A stretch of 64,000 bases of DNA from Paraspadella gotoi (lineage: Eukaryota; Animalia; Chaetognatha): contig CM119264.1 of NCBI GenBank assembly GCA_051294375.1, forward strand, positions 23,972,002 through 24,036,001. The letters run 5' to 3'. Every line of letters starts with the position of its first letter. The first letter of the stretch is position 1. The notes under the pieces are model-generated. The model made no database searches, had not been told where the DNA came from, and was given only the letters and a program-made list of their open reading frames with translations. Both the position numbers and the translations under genes were made by a program. Positions 34,071-48,383 of the stretch are shown here, one piece after another.

Positions 34071-37000
34071 TTTCTTCTTCCCTTTCAGGTGGCCGACTTC
34101 AGATAAAGAAGTCGAAATCTCGCGGGTTCTTCAGTTCCATCTTCTGCTGCCTCTCGCCGGCCCCAAAGGCGCCCCCAGCCCCGCTCCCCCAACCTCCAAA
34201 CGATGAGTCCGTGCCGCCCCCCCGGGAGCCCGAAGCCGCCGTGCCGGCCAAGGTCGAGTCAAATGGGTTTCGGGGAGAGGGAAAGAGGGACAGGTTGGCT
34301 GGGTGAATTCTCACTTAACGGTTAACCATATAAGTCAAATCTTTTTTTTTTGCGGGCGAAAAAAATATGATGGGTAAGATATGCGAAGTAGTAAATACTT
34401 AGTCATGATTAGTTAGAAAACAAGATGTTCGGAAACTTGGCAATGAAAAACGACAGTCCTAACCTGTCTTTTAAATTCCTGTTTTCCTTCTTTCATCCAG
34501 GGCCCCGCACCTCTACTGCCACAAGCCCGACACCAGGACATGCACAAGAAATGCGTCGTTATCGACCTCGACGAAACACTCGTTCATAGGTGAAGCATTA
34601 TTTATAGAGCGGATTTAATAATTGGAAAAGTCATTGCATTGTTGAGGGTTATTGGTCAGATTAGTATTGTAAACACTGAACACTGTTTAGTGAACAGCGC
34701 TTTTAATCAGGAGGAATGATGTGCGGAGGTCGTAGAGAAGCAAACAAAGCGTAGTTTTTATATATATCGTGAAATTAAAACTTATTATTATGCTTTTCAG
34801 CTCTTTTAAGCCGGTGTCCAATGCCGACTTCATCGTGCCGGTAGAGATTGACGGCACTATCCATCAAGTGAGTGCAAAGATAAATTACTTGAGAATTTGA
34901 CTCGTTGTACTATCTCGGAAAAAAGTATATCACATAATTCATTTATTCAATCAAAAGTTACAAAGATGGGTAAATATTCTTAATATTTAGTGTGCCCTTT
35001 ATTGGCATTGATTTATTGCTTGTATTCATTGGGCATGTTCTCATAAAGCAAATTAAGGTATGACAGCGAAATATTTTTCCACATCTTTAACCCAATTCTT
35101 TTCAGCCCCAATGTTGATGTTGCGCATCTTTCACTATTTTCTGAAAGTTATAATAGTATTTTTTTGAACCAAAAAGAGGTGCAAGTCCTTTAGCATTACC
35201 AAATTAGGAAAAAAATTAACTCTATTCGAAATAAGAATAAATAATTAAATATAAAAAATGGTAGAAAAATATAATTTTTTTAACATTTTTATTTGAAGTA
35301 ACAATATTTTTCGCTCTAATTTCTGAATGATTTGAAACAAAAAAGGAAGGAAGCTTATTGAAAGGAAATTCAAATTCATTCGAATAGATATCCTTTATTA
35401 AAAATGTGATATACTTTTTTCCTAGATAGTAATTGTATTTTATTGACATTTTTTTTCGTGCTACATATATTTACCGTTTCTTTGTTTAGGTTTACGTTTT
35501 AAAGCGGCCTTACGTGGACGAGTTTCTCCAGCGAATGGGAGAATTGTTCGAGTGCGTCCTCTTCACCGCCAGTCTTTCCAAATACGCGGATCCGGTGGCG
35601 GACTTGCTCGACAAATGGGGCGTTTTCAGGTGCGAATCCGCAAACCCAGTTGTCCGAATCACTGACATCCGGGATATTGAAAGTACTGCAATTCAAAAAG
35701 AGTCATAAGAAACGTCTAGTAGTACGGAGACGAATATAACTGCCGTCAGCAATGAGAATCGGGGAAAACGAAAGAATTCGTCCCAAGGCAAAGAAGTACG
35801 AACAACCGTGACTTTTTTTCTTTTCTGCTCCCGGAAACGCTCGCTCGTTCCCGAAGGGAGTTTGAGAGAAAAATCTCTTTCAGTGTCACGTCCCAACCGG
35901 AAGTCGAGAAAACGAAATCACGAATGGAAAAAAATGTTTTTCATGATGCAAAGAAAAAACTTGATTCGAAAAAAAAAATTTGAAAAAGTTTTTGAAGTTG
36001 ATTTTGAAAAGTTGAAAAATTCCGCGGAACTTTTAATTCGATTTGTCTCATGGCCGCGCGAGGGGAAGAGGAAGTCCAAAGCTAGCGATGCGGGGAGGGT
36101 GCGGGTGAACATAATTTTTTTACACACGTTGGTTCGAATTTAGAATCATGAATCCTGCTCACCACCATTCCTTGATTAATAATCTCACCGTCTCACGATT
36201 TTTTCAGGGCTCGGCTTTTCCGAGAATCGTGTGTCTTCCATCGAGGCAATTACGTCAAGGATTTGTCGAGGATCGGACGCGATTTGAAGAAAGTCATCAT
36301 CGTGGACAACTCGCCCGCTTCCTACATCTTCCATCCGGACAACGCGGTAAATTTCACTATGATACTTATTAAGGCGGGCCAGAAGTAAACATTTTTCAAA
36401 TATGAAACTGTCTGTAATAAAAGTCTTTTGTCCTTTTACAACCACATTGATTTTGATTAAAGTTATTTTCCTCATGCATGGAAGCATTTTAATATTTAAC
36501 AATATCTAATAAATGCATAAGAATTTATTTTGGTAATTAAAATTTAAAAAAATTAATTCTGATAGAAATTAAAAAGTTAGATAAAGGTTAGTATTACAAC
36601 TTTTAAGAATTTTTAATGATGAATGGGTTAAGATTTGAAAAAAAAATAATTATCATTGGTATCATTCAATAAATTTGATAGTTTTTATTAATTTTTATTG
36701 ACAAATCATTAAAATCTCAAAAAGTTGCTATAATAACCTTCATCTAAGTTTTCAAGCTCTTTCAGAATCCGATAAAAAAATAAAAATTTACCAAATTTAC
36801 CTATTTTTAATGTAGCAGAATAATTTGTGGTATTATATATATTATATTATATAGTATTTGAATAATATAAAATAGCAACCATGCATTTAATTATAAGATA
36901 AATCTTAATTTTTTTAAGTCTCTTTACGATCTTTAATAATCACAATAACAATATTTATACCAGACTTCTGTTAGTTTGTAACCTGTTCCGCCTAAGTGCC

Positions 37001-37361
37001 CATATCAGGTTTATACGACAACATACTAGTTTTTCGTTTTGATGATTCTTTTTCATCCAGAATTAAATTGGTTATCACTGATTTTTCGACACCCCTGCCC
37101 CCTACCGCAGGTTCCGGTCGCGTCCTGGTTCGACGACATGGGCGACACGGAACTCCTCGACCTCCTTCCGCTTTTCGAGACCCTGGCGCAGGTGCGTCAC
37201 GATTAAAAAGCCATCGTAAAGATCATCTTGCCGACGTCACATTAAATTCACTTTTTTTCCAGGTCGACGACGTGTACTCAGTCCTACGAAACTCAAACAC
37301 TCAACCGCCGCCCGGAATGCACATCACTCTCATGGGCGGCGGTGGCGGCGGGGCGACATAG
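33073..37361 (+). CDS. CTDSP: Carboxy-terminal domain RNA polymerase II small phosphatase (CTDSP/SCP, FCP1-like HAD family)
   Basis: Exons 33073-33148 ([15 protein letters not shown]), 34089-34252 ([11 protein letters not shown]), 34501-34589 ([15 protein letters not shown]), 34801-34867, 35490-35629 ([26 protein letters not shown]), 36208-36346 ([16 protein letters not shown]), 37111-37191, 37263-37361. Splice phases are consistent. Confidence 0.97.
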
Positions 37362-40300
37362 TTACAGCGCGTGCGAAAACAACGATTTAATAGTCACGAA
37401 AAACGATATATATAAATAAACTTATATTTACCAGCGTCATCCTGTTTTTACTGCATAACCTCTTTCTTCGCTCTCCAAAATCAGCAATGTCTTCTTCTTC
37501 GGGGTGAGGAATTTTAACGGGTTTTAATTTGTGTTGTTGTTTCCTGACGGGCAGTCATAAGAATGATGCCGGTCAAATCTGGTTCGATGATTTAGTACGT
37601 TAAATTTGTTGAGCTTTGTTGGCCTTGGACACAATGTTTATTAGTTCTCTATGAAACGAGTCAAAAAAATCCTTCACAAAACTTTCCCTTAGGACTCCAG
37701 TCAATCGATCGGATTTTCTCCGCCTCATCCTCAAGAGTCACCGTTCGAATTTTCCCCGCCCATTCCTCGCCAGCGCCTCTCTCCCCATTACCCTCTCCGC
37801 AATTCTCTTTCCCCCTTCACCCCATTCGTCGCGCTCCTCTTCCTTCGGGGGGGGGGAAGTTCTTCGTGAGAAAAAAAAAACTCAAGTGCCATCGCGAGCA
37901 ATTCCACCGCGTGCGTGGATGCCCGACTTCGAGCCTTTCTTTCGCCTCCTCCCCTTAACCTCTATTGCGTTTCGCCGACGCGGAGATCGACCGTTGGATT
38001 TCGTCGATTTCGTCGTCGTCGTGGAAATCCGCCGAATCCAACGCCGCTGTGGATTACGCTTTAGGCGGGTGAGGCAAACGTGATTCGTTTTGAAATTATT
38101 CGCTCTGGCTTTTTGAACGATTTTATAACGATTTGAACGATTGTGTAATTTCACGATTGTGTTAAATGAATTGTTGATATGTGTATCGCTATGAATTTTG
38201 AGTTGCCCTGGTCGATTTGATTTCAAGCCTTCACCTCCTTTCCTTCCTTTTTTCTTTTCGCAGGCGCCGCAAAGAGAAAACATTTTCGCCCCTCCCCTCG
38301 TCCTTAATTCTTCTGTCCATCTCGTTCGTTTCGCCCGAATTATTATTATAAAACTCAAAATGTCGCCTTCGTCGTTGGCGAAAGAGCGATAATATTAAAA
38401 AAAAGGTCGTTTTCACGATCAATGTTAATATTTTTAAAAATTGGGAAGAGAAGCCTGCAATGCAGTTTAGTTACAACGAAATTAAATGAAGTTCATTTTA
38501 TTATTTAATATTATTTTTGTAAAGATGTTAGTTTGTATTCTTCCAACATATTATTCTTTTTTTAAACAGTTGAAACGATCAAAAGTTTTTCATTAATAAT
38601 TCTCGTTATAACGAATCTGAATTGCAAAGAGTACAAAACCATATTCGCACAATCATCGCAACGTTGCATCGTTCGAAAATGTCGTGTCATGTCAGCTCAT
38701 TATCACTTCTTTTTTTCCGTCATATCATCAATCGAATTGGGTCACCTACCTCCCAATGTTAAACATTTTTAGATGTTAGACCCTTTATGATTTATTGACG
38801 AAATGGAAATTTCTGTGCATTCGTTAGCTACCGGTGTCACAAAAAAAAAATACGAAAGAGGCAAAGACTTCTTTGAATATGTTATGGAATAAAGTCATGA
38901 GGCGTGAATTAGCTAATTTTTGGCAATATTGCAGACGTTTTGGTTTTTAACATAGATTATTCTTGAGGTTTTTTGCGACACCGGAGTTTTTCATTCCCTT
39001 CATCGAGTTTATGGAAGCTAGTCATGCCTTCGGTATTTTTTACCGTTCATTCGGAATGATTTTTTTTTGTTGGTCGTGGTTTGTGTTTACGGTGAATTCG
39101 CGGTTTAATGAAGTTTACTAAGCTATATTCCAGCTTTTTTAAATTCGAATTGAATAACAAAAATGTTTTTTAATATGTGGACGTAAGCAAGTTTTATTCT
39201 ATCAATGATTAGTGACCATAGTTATATTTTAAAACATTTTAAATTTTTCAGCGAGTTGATAATTGATAATTGTATAAACGGGAAATATATTATATTGAGT
39301 CATTCTTCGATGGGCTGAAACAGCCCGTCGAGAATGAGTATTTAAAGGGCATGAAATCTACAAGGAGCTGTTGAAAATCGTATTATCATGTTTAATATAG
39401 CGCTTATGTACATATCCTGGAGTCTCAAACTTGTCAAATCCGAATGGATTAGTATTTTATGGCTCGACTCGTTTAAATACGAAACTATTTAAAATATTAT
39501 TTTCAAAAGTTAAAAAAATAATTGTTCTTGATTAAAGTAAGCGAAGTGACTCTCCATCTATTTTTTGCTCATAATCATTTTCCAGTTCTTTGCATCAAAG
39601 AAAAATGTTTTTTTTTTAATTCTACGAGTTTTTTCTTTGAAATGAATTTTTCTCGGGCGTCTATAACCTTGTGAAAGAAAAATGTCGACAACGCCGATAT
39701 TATTATTATTATTATTATTATTTTCTGAGACGTAATTACTAATTCAGCTTTTCTCATTATTTGTAGTTGTAATAATGAGCGTTTGTTAAAGCTTAAGTGT
39801 TTTTATTATAAAATTAGCGATTTCAGCTGATGTTAATAATTTTCTTTTCATTCTCAAGGTTATACAATGTTTTCAATAAACACTTTTATACCAAAATATC
39901 GAAATATTTTAAGATCATGAGGGACATAAAGCGGCCGCTTACTGTATAAAGCGTTGCTGATAATTAATAATGTAAATAGTATTAATTATTAGAGATGATT
40001 AAAATCGTTGCTCAGCGTCGTTTAAAAGGTTTATGGTCGACGTTTATAATTTTTATCTGGGACGGCTAACTTTGCCTTAAGGATTTTCTACAGTCGAGTT
40101 CGTTTATAAAACCAAAATTTCTTAAATAATAATAAAATGTGATTTTTTTTAAACGAACTCAACTGACAAATAATTATAACTAAAAGACAGAAAATTCGGC
40201 TTCGTTATAATCCGATCATAATCGTCGTCCGTAGTCCGTTAATATTACCAGTCATAATCATTCTCACAATTTTAATCGATATTTGTTACGTTTAAAAAAA

Positions 40301-43300
40301 AAAACTTTCGTTTATAAACGATTATATCATTTACTACTCCAATATCGTGTTTGAATCGCACGCGTTCATAAATTGATTTTCTGCAATTTTCTTTTCGGAG
40401 GCAAATAAAAACTGGGCTCGACGCCTCGAGTCTTCGAGTTTTTTGTGCACGAGCGGTTTTGAGAAGAATCTTCAGCCGCGCCGCCTTCGCGCCCGCGGTC
40501 TTTTGTTTTCACGAAAGACCACAGCGCCTCTCCCGCAACCAAACCGCACTTCGGTTAATAAACTTAATTTTTAATTCGAAGGTTGGTTTGCGTCATCGTG
40601 GCCGAAAGGCGGAGCCGCTCAAAACTCACCAGCTTTTTTTATTTTTGTTTTATTTTTTTGGATCCGCGGAATCGTTCAAAAAAAATCCGCCGAGAGTTGT
40701 CGAAACGACGCTCCCTCGTTGCTATTTTGTTTTTCTTATTTGATACACGCGTCGCATGGATCTAAGTAATTATTGACATTTTCGCCGTTACCTCTTTTAA
40801 ATATGAATAATAGAACAGTAACGATAACAAATTAAAGAAAAACAAAAGAATAACCGGGCGTAAATAACCCGTACCCCTTCCCCTAAACCGCCAACGACGA
40901 TTTTCGTCTGTGATTTTGTGCCATAAATGAGATATTACGCAAAGCAATGGTTTTAAACGAAAATCTGTATCACTTTTTTTTTAATTTCCAATTTTTTAAC
41001 GTTTGATTCGATGATGTTCAAAAAATTGACGCGGCCAAATGGGAATTTTGTTTTCTGATTGATTTTAACTTACGTTGCAGCATTTAATTTTAAAAACCGC
41101 GTATCACCCGCCGAAATATGTCATTTTCCTTTTCTTTAATACATTTTGTTTAGTTTTTATCTTTAAATTTCATTTCCAAGTTCAAACAAACAACCCGATT
41201 TATTTTTCGCGAGATTTTGTCTCAAAAAGTGAGAAAGTGTAAGATGTAAAAAAATATCATTTTGATTTGGTGTTATAACCTACAATTATTATAATAATAC
41301 AATGTACAGTTGGTTTCTTAAAGTCGTATTTTTTTTTTAATTTTAGGCTAGTCAAATGAAATATTAAGTCAGAAAACTTGTGATTTGACGCCACAAAGGC
41401 TTTGTCGACCTTTCTTTACATTCTCCTCTCTAATTCTGCCTTTTTCTACTGATCAGAGTGGGGACTGGAAACGTCTCCCGAATTCAATTTCACGCCAGAG
41501 TTTTTCACCATTTCAACCAGAAACATAAGACGAAGTGCTTTTTGTTTTTGTCTTAAATCTTTTAGTCGCAACCAAAACTGTAGCGTATATTGTTATATAT
41601 AATTTACTTCTTGTGGAGTTCACCAAGGCATGATGAAAACTGGAGGAGTTCAACGATCCTAAAAAAAATCTTCAAAAGGCTGGATTTTCGATTTGCGAAT
41701 CGTAGGAGGAAGGTTTAAGGTCAACCAATCTCTCGAGTTCAGCCAAAACCTCACCATTTGCTTCACTACCTCCAGCCCAGTTTGCACCACAGCTTCATCT
41801 TAACCACCGAACCACCTGCTCCCCATCTTCCACCTCTCCTCCCCCTCCTTAAACCTCCACCTCTTTTCTGCCATCTCATACAGAAGTGGATAAGCTGCGT
41901 CAAGATCTGTCAATTGTTACTTGTTACTTGTTACGTAATTGTCGATTGTGTAAATAATGTATAAAATGTTAAACGACGAAAGCTGATGTTTCGTACCAAG
42001 AAAAAGGTGAAAGTTATTTCATGTTGGAATTTCCCCATTTTCTTTTGTCAACTTGACTTTTATTCAAAAGAGACCGGCAACCAACGTAATTTCAGAAGCG
42101 GATTTAAATTCGAAAAAGGCACAAGAAAAGAGAAAACCGCCAGATTTTCCGCGTTTTGTTTTTTCTTATTACACGACTTGTCGCGTTGGAGACTTAAATT
42201 CCTTCTCCATGTCATGCCGCAAACTCTAAGGCTCTTAAAGTTAACTTGAAGCTATGTCCGTAAAAGCGGCTATAAGCCCCTCTTAAAGTCACCCACGTCC
42301 GAGTTTCCTTAATACTTAATTCATTAAACCATGGGGGGGGGGAATTCTGGCTTCTTGAAGAAAAAAAAATATAGGTACACTTTATGATGAAACTTGGCTA
42401 AGAAAGTTTTATTAAACATCACATGCACACATGCTGGTTGTATCAATTTCATAGTTATATTTAAATTCTAACATATGAATTCAAAAACAAGTTTAAACTG
42501 TTTATGTATTGCATTCTTCGAATAAACTATTACAAAATTATTTGAATGTCGCTGTAAAATCTTGCGATCTTCATATTCACAAAGATTGTGAACGAATTCA
42601 ATGTAACCTTTCTTAGTCGTAAGTCGTCAACTGTATTTATCAACTACAGTTATCTGTACTTAACGTTCGTAGTCTTCTGTATTCATGTGCAAAAAAAACT
42701 CGTCTGTATAGTCTGTAGTTATCGTCGTTGACTTTTGTCGTCGTCAATGATGGTCGTCGTCGTCGCTCACGAAATTATGGAACGCGAGAGAGAACGAGTG
42801 AGAGAGAGATAGCGAGTGAGAGAAAAAAAGAGAGCGAGAGTGTGATAGAGAGCGAGAGAGCGCGCGCGTTTGTGCCGATCTATCAAATGGTAGAAAGTTC
42901 TCTGAGAAAGTTGCTACAATTGAACTTCGGATAAAAAAAAACAAACATTGGATATCGAAACGACTTTTAAATTTTTAGGAGAAAGTCTTCTGGAATTCCC
43001 TAGTCAAAATAAATAAAAAGTAAGTGTCTGGGTTGCAGATTTTATGATTAAAATATATGTTTTATCTGGCATGTTCGGCATAGCTCGCTTTCTCCGTTCC
43101 GGACATTACTATCGAACAAATGCTATTAATTTCTGTTGACTATTGTTTCATCATTGGCCAAGCAACAGATTACTTTTTTTTTCTGGAAACCGTTGATTTG
43201 TCGTTAGTTGATCAAGTTCCCTTTTCAGCAGATGGGATTTCAGCATCAGCCATTGCAAATTTGATATCTTTAAAGAATTATATTTATCATAATACAGTGT

Positions 43301-45362
43301 TGAGAATGTCTAAGAAGGCAGAAGTATTCTGGCCTTCTGGCCTTCTTGTCGTTGATGGTCGCTTAACGTTCAAACATTAATTGAATTAAATTAACTTAAA
43401 ATATACATATAAACTAATCAACAAAGATTTCATATTTATTTCTTTTACTGAAATTTCAGCCTCATTTTTAATCATTGCCACTCAAGCAAATCCTGTCTCT
43501 CAAACTCAACTTGCGGCGTTACCAGTTGCCAGCGTCTTCAATGCCTACTGCGTCGTTACCAATGGTCAGTGGCATGGTTGCCAGTTTCCATTGGAGTCGT
43601 TGCTTTGTGCCAGTGGCATCGTTGCCCTTTGCCAGTTGCGTCGCTGCCAGTTGCCTGGGAATAGTTGTGGCGCATTTTTCAATCGTACAAGATCGTGAGG
43701 CTGAAGTAGACATTTGAATTAAATTGAAAGGAAGGAATAGTTGAAAGGTCGTTAGAGCAATGAGGGGCAGGGCGAACGGATTGGGTGGAACCGTTTCGTT
43801 GAGTCAGCCTTAATCATAGAAATGAATTAAACGCAAACGTCAACGTTTGGTTGTTGTTGTTGTTGTTTTTGCCGTTATTTCTTGCCAATGTTGGACTCGT
43901 GGGCAGATTGATGAGAAGAAACGGATAACGCTATCACTATTTTTGAAGCGACGCCCGGAGTCAAATGTCATTCGCCCCGATGTCACAAGAAGGCTCAGGA
44001 CACAAGTCTCACGCCATAAGTCGTGAATGTATTGTGGTTTTTGGTCGTGATTACTTACCGCGTCAGACTGTGAGTATGTGAGTAAAATTGGCAATAGAAC
44101 ATGGCGCGGTGAGAAATATTTAATGTCGTACAAATGGGATTTGAAAGTAACACCAAATATTTTTTCACAAACATCTAACAGATGATACTGTGCAGTTTAC
44201 TGTCTCATATTAAAGTTCGATGACTGATAGGTTATGCAGTGGAAAATATTTTGGTGCCTTGGGGGGGGGGGAATGTTTTTTTCCGAGAAAACAAGTTTGG
44301 GAAAAGTATAAAAGTCTAAAAATGGAAGTGGTTAAAAATGAAAGTTAAGGAATGGCACAACCATCCTGAAAACTGCGTCGTAAGTCCTTTCCTCGTCAGT
44401 TTTTCTCATAGTCATCGTCGTCAAACATCATCGTCAGTTATCGTCATAGTCATAATCATCACTTGTCACTCATTATTAGTTAATGTCATGGTCGTCTTGA
44501 CTTCACGCTCATCATCGTAACTTATCATCATAGTCGTCATCACCACTTGTCAGTCATCGTCATAATCAACGTCGTCTCTCGTCAGTAGAGTGATGTGAAA
44601 ATAATATAATTTTAGAAAATTCAAATTTAGCACATAAAACAATAAAAATACTTTGGTAAATTTATTTTTTTAATTTTATACATTAGTGGGTACCAGTGAG
44701 CTATATTTATATATAATAATAAGCTAAAATTTCAAACTGCAAATTTTTAAACGCCGATTTTCATTTCCAGCTTAAAAATATATTTTTTTGTAATTTTAAC
44801 CTATTTAATGGCATAGTTTTTAAAAAAGATTTATATTTTCTTTCATCAAGGAATCTGAATCTGTTCTCAGAATTTAAAAAAAAAAAACATTTTAAAATTT
44901 TGACATTATAAAATAAGCTGACTGGGCTACTATAGTTATAAAAAAAGAAAATTAACTATAGATTAATATTCATTAATAAGATATTTTCCAAGATATAACT
45001 GTTAAATTTTGATTCCAAACTTTCACTACTCGTCAGTCATTGCCATCGTCAATCATCGTCGCCGTAGACTTAAAAAAGACGCTCGAAACTGTAGCCAGTT
45101 TACCTCCTCAGAAATGACTTGAATAAAGACGTCAAATAAAAAAATTTATCGTCGATTCCGCGAGGCATGAGGCCATGGGGGGGGCTCTTTACGACCGGGG
45201 CCGGATGGTGGAGCCGGAGCGGGTGCAGGAGATGCCGCCGGCGCAGAGATTGTTTGGTTCCTCGTAAATAAGGATGATGAACTCGAGGGGGGGGGGAGCG
45301 GAAGAGCCTCAAAGACTCAAGACAAATTTGGGTTGTTGATGTTAATGATGTTAAATCTACCG

Positions 45363-45617
45363 GGAGGGCATATTATATATTACTGAACTAATGATTAGTG
45401 GTAGAAGCTCGCTACTGTTGGGATTATGATGATGATGATGGTCATGATGAAGATGAGGATAAAGATGCTTTTGTGGCGGTATATTCACACCGCCTCACAT
45501 CCGTTGGCTCAGAGGGGGAACGCACCGTCCCAAGCGTTGCGTTCCATCAACACTCCATTCCACAGTTCTCTCTGCGTTGGCAAATCGAGACTGTCAGTAA
45601 TATTTTAATTAGCCTCC
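45363..45617 (-). ncRNA. Candidate structured RNA / structured repeat, family A copy 2
   Basis: Shares tgtggcggtatattca.accgcctcac, ggctcagagggggaac.cacc.tccca.gcgttg.gttccatc and ctctgcgtt.gcaaa with the reverse complement of 11950-12083. Confidence 0.5.
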
Positions 45618-46499
45618 ATTTAGTAATTAACTTTTAGTTTCAAATTTTGTCTCTCTAAATATTCTTAGTCTCAAAGTTTAATATCCTGTAGATTCTCAGA
45701 GCTCGGCTCCTATTTTGTAAACATTTAGTGAATTAGATAAACAAAGGAAGAGAGACGGGAAGGAGGCAGAGAATTAAGTGCATTCCATTTTTCGGTTCCA
45801 AGGGATTAAGACGTATCATTTATCATGGTTTAATTACAATTTACAACTTGGGCAATCTACAATTATTTCAGGTAACTTCAAATACTAATTAGACAGATTA
45901 TGCATAATCCAGCTCTCTATCCGTCATCTTTTGAGGGCCACAGACCACGTTACCAACAAGACCGTCCTAGGGTAACCGCGCCAGTGACAAGAGGCGTCAT
46001 TGAGGGTCGGAAGCCCCCAAAGCCAACAGTGAGATGCCCCATCGCAATGAGCATCACAGGCAACCCGACAGTGACCATGCTTTCTCTTATTTTCTGCTTT
46101 ATATTCCTCTGCTTTTTTCTTTCTCCATTTTACTTTTCTATTTTCCAATCTCGATTCTCCATTTCCTATTTCGATTCTCTTTTTTACCAATGTCTTTCAT
46201 CTTTTCCGTTTTTCTCAATTATCAATCTTTTTCTTCATTCTTATTCATAATTTCCTTTTTTACTAATACTCCATTCTATTTTGAACAACTTTTTTTTTCT
46301 CCATTTTTATCTTCTCAATTCTCCATTATTAGCCGGATCTGCTTACAGCAGATAATTCTATAATTAGGGGGAGACTAACTCATTAAGGTGGTTAAGAAAT
46401 TGCATTAAGCACCTGCTCAAACGAAAATTTAGACATTTTTTAAAAAATTCTTTTTTTACCTAAAAGTAGACTTCAAGAATAAAGTTTTGAACCCCCGCC

Positions 46500-46920
46500 C
46501 CTATTGAATTTAATTTCATAGTAGATTTCTACTATAATTCACTTTGTCGGTCCGTCGGTCCGCCGCCCCAATATTGTCGGTAAGTCACTTAAATCATGTC
46601 AGAACATTGAATTATGATAAATTATTCTTTGGAGATGAAACGAAAAATTCGTTGTAATAGCAATTCTATTTTTTATTGCTATTGCTATTACAACGAATTT
46701 TTCGTTTCATCTCCAAACTATTCTAAATAGCAAAAAGAAAGTCAAAATACAATGATAAATTATTCAAAAAAATTATGTCCGTCCGTCCGTCCAAATACAA
46801 TTGTATGGGGCGATTGACTTGAAATTTTGTATGTGGGTAGAAAAGTGTGTGATATACCTGTAAATCAAGTTTCGATGGAATCGTCCCAGTGGAAATGAGT
46901 TTAAATGGAAAAAACAAAAA
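46500..46920. mobile_element. Putative HINE/DINE-1-like (Helitron/Helentron-derived) fragment with a perfect hairpin
   Basis: (gtcc)n microsatellite followed by gattgacttgaaattttg, and a 37-bp perfect inverted repeat at 46628-46664/46681-46717. Confidence 0.4.
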
Positions 46921-47730
46921 ACATGTTTCATTATGCTGATTTTTTTATATTAAATGCAAGATGTATTAAATAATCAAATAAATTAATCAGTTAATTAATC
47001 AGTCAATTAATCAATAAATTTTTAATTCAATCAATCAATTTATTTATCTATAAATTAAATATAAATCAATATATTTTTCAATTAATTAATTATTTAATCA
47101 ATCAATCAATCAATCAATCAATCAAGTAAGTCGATCAACTAATCGTTATCGGCATTATTGTCGTCGTCGCCATCATCGTCGTCGTTGCTTTTGTCGTGGT
47201 CACTGGTCAGTGACCAAAAGACCTAAAAACAAACATGTCATATCATGACTAATTAATCAATTAATTAACTTGAAATAATTAATTCATTAATTACCGCTAA
47301 TGATCGTGGGCAGATCCGGCATAGTTTGCTCAAACTTGTCGTATTACATTCTACTTTTCCAGACTTCATCTTTTTTTTCTGTCGACTATAAGAGATGATA
47401 AAATCGAACGACACAGAATGTAGTGATGAAGCTAAAGGAGTCATTGAAGTGTTATGTAGAAGTTGTAGCTATGTAGTTATGTCGAAGTGAAAGTTAGCAT
47501 TGTTAGAAATCATAGAATTGATTGGTAAAAGTAGTAAAAGAAAAAAAGCCTCGAGAAAACACGAAAGATTCTATCGGCGGAAATACTACTTGGGACTTAC
47601 AACTTACGACATGGGATTAAAAAATATAAATTCTAGTGATATTTTCTTTCTTTTTCTCCATATCCATCAAAAAACTCCCCGAGCGAGCAATCTCTAGAAT
47701 GAATTTAAAACTAAATGGATATTCTAATCT

Positions 47731-47850
47731 AAATCTAAATAGATCTCTAGATTTAAATCTTAATAGATCTCTAGATTTAAATCTAAATAGATCTCTAGAT
47801 TTAAATCTAAATAGATCTCTAGATTTAGATTTAAATGGATCTTTAAATCT
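47731..47850. repeat. 24-bp tandem minisatellite rich in short palindromes
   Basis: aaatctaaatagatctctagattt repeated about 4.5 times; seen as the LNLNRSLD repeat in the ORF track. Confidence 0.9.
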
Positions 47851-48383
47851 AATTCTTCCACCAGGTGCGTTTTTTTTTTCTCTTTCTCGTTCGTCGTCCG
47901 TCAACCGAAGCGTAAAACTATCGTCGGCGAGATTCGTGAAAATACGACTTTGAAATTCCCCTTCCGCTCCTTTTATTTTCCCCCGTCTCTTCCGCGCTCC
48001 GTTGATCCTTTCGTTTTCCAAGTCTCTTTTTTTTTTTTTTTTTTGCACATTTTAATTGAGTGCGTTGACTTTTCCATCAGTGGCTAAGAAAACGATCTTT
48101 CATACCAATTATTATTATTATAAGCTGTGCGCTTCCAAAGACTTCTGTTTTCCTCTGAGCAGAGAAGATAGTAAGGTCTTATAGTTACATTCATCTTTGA
48201 ATTTATCTTTCATTCTTTAGACTTAGTTTTCTCTTTATATATCTTGAAGTTTTTCTCTTTATTTCCGATCCAAAACCGACAGGATCTCCGGCCACGATCT
48301 ATTTTAAGAACAAAATATCCGCGCCCCTCTTTTCCCGACCACCCTTAAAACCCCTCCCTCCCTTTCACCACCCCCCATCCTCC

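Noticed and set aside
43475-43717. ORFs with repeated gttgccag motifs
   Set aside because: Short degenerate DNA repeats with no splice support or protein motif; probably a TE fragment.
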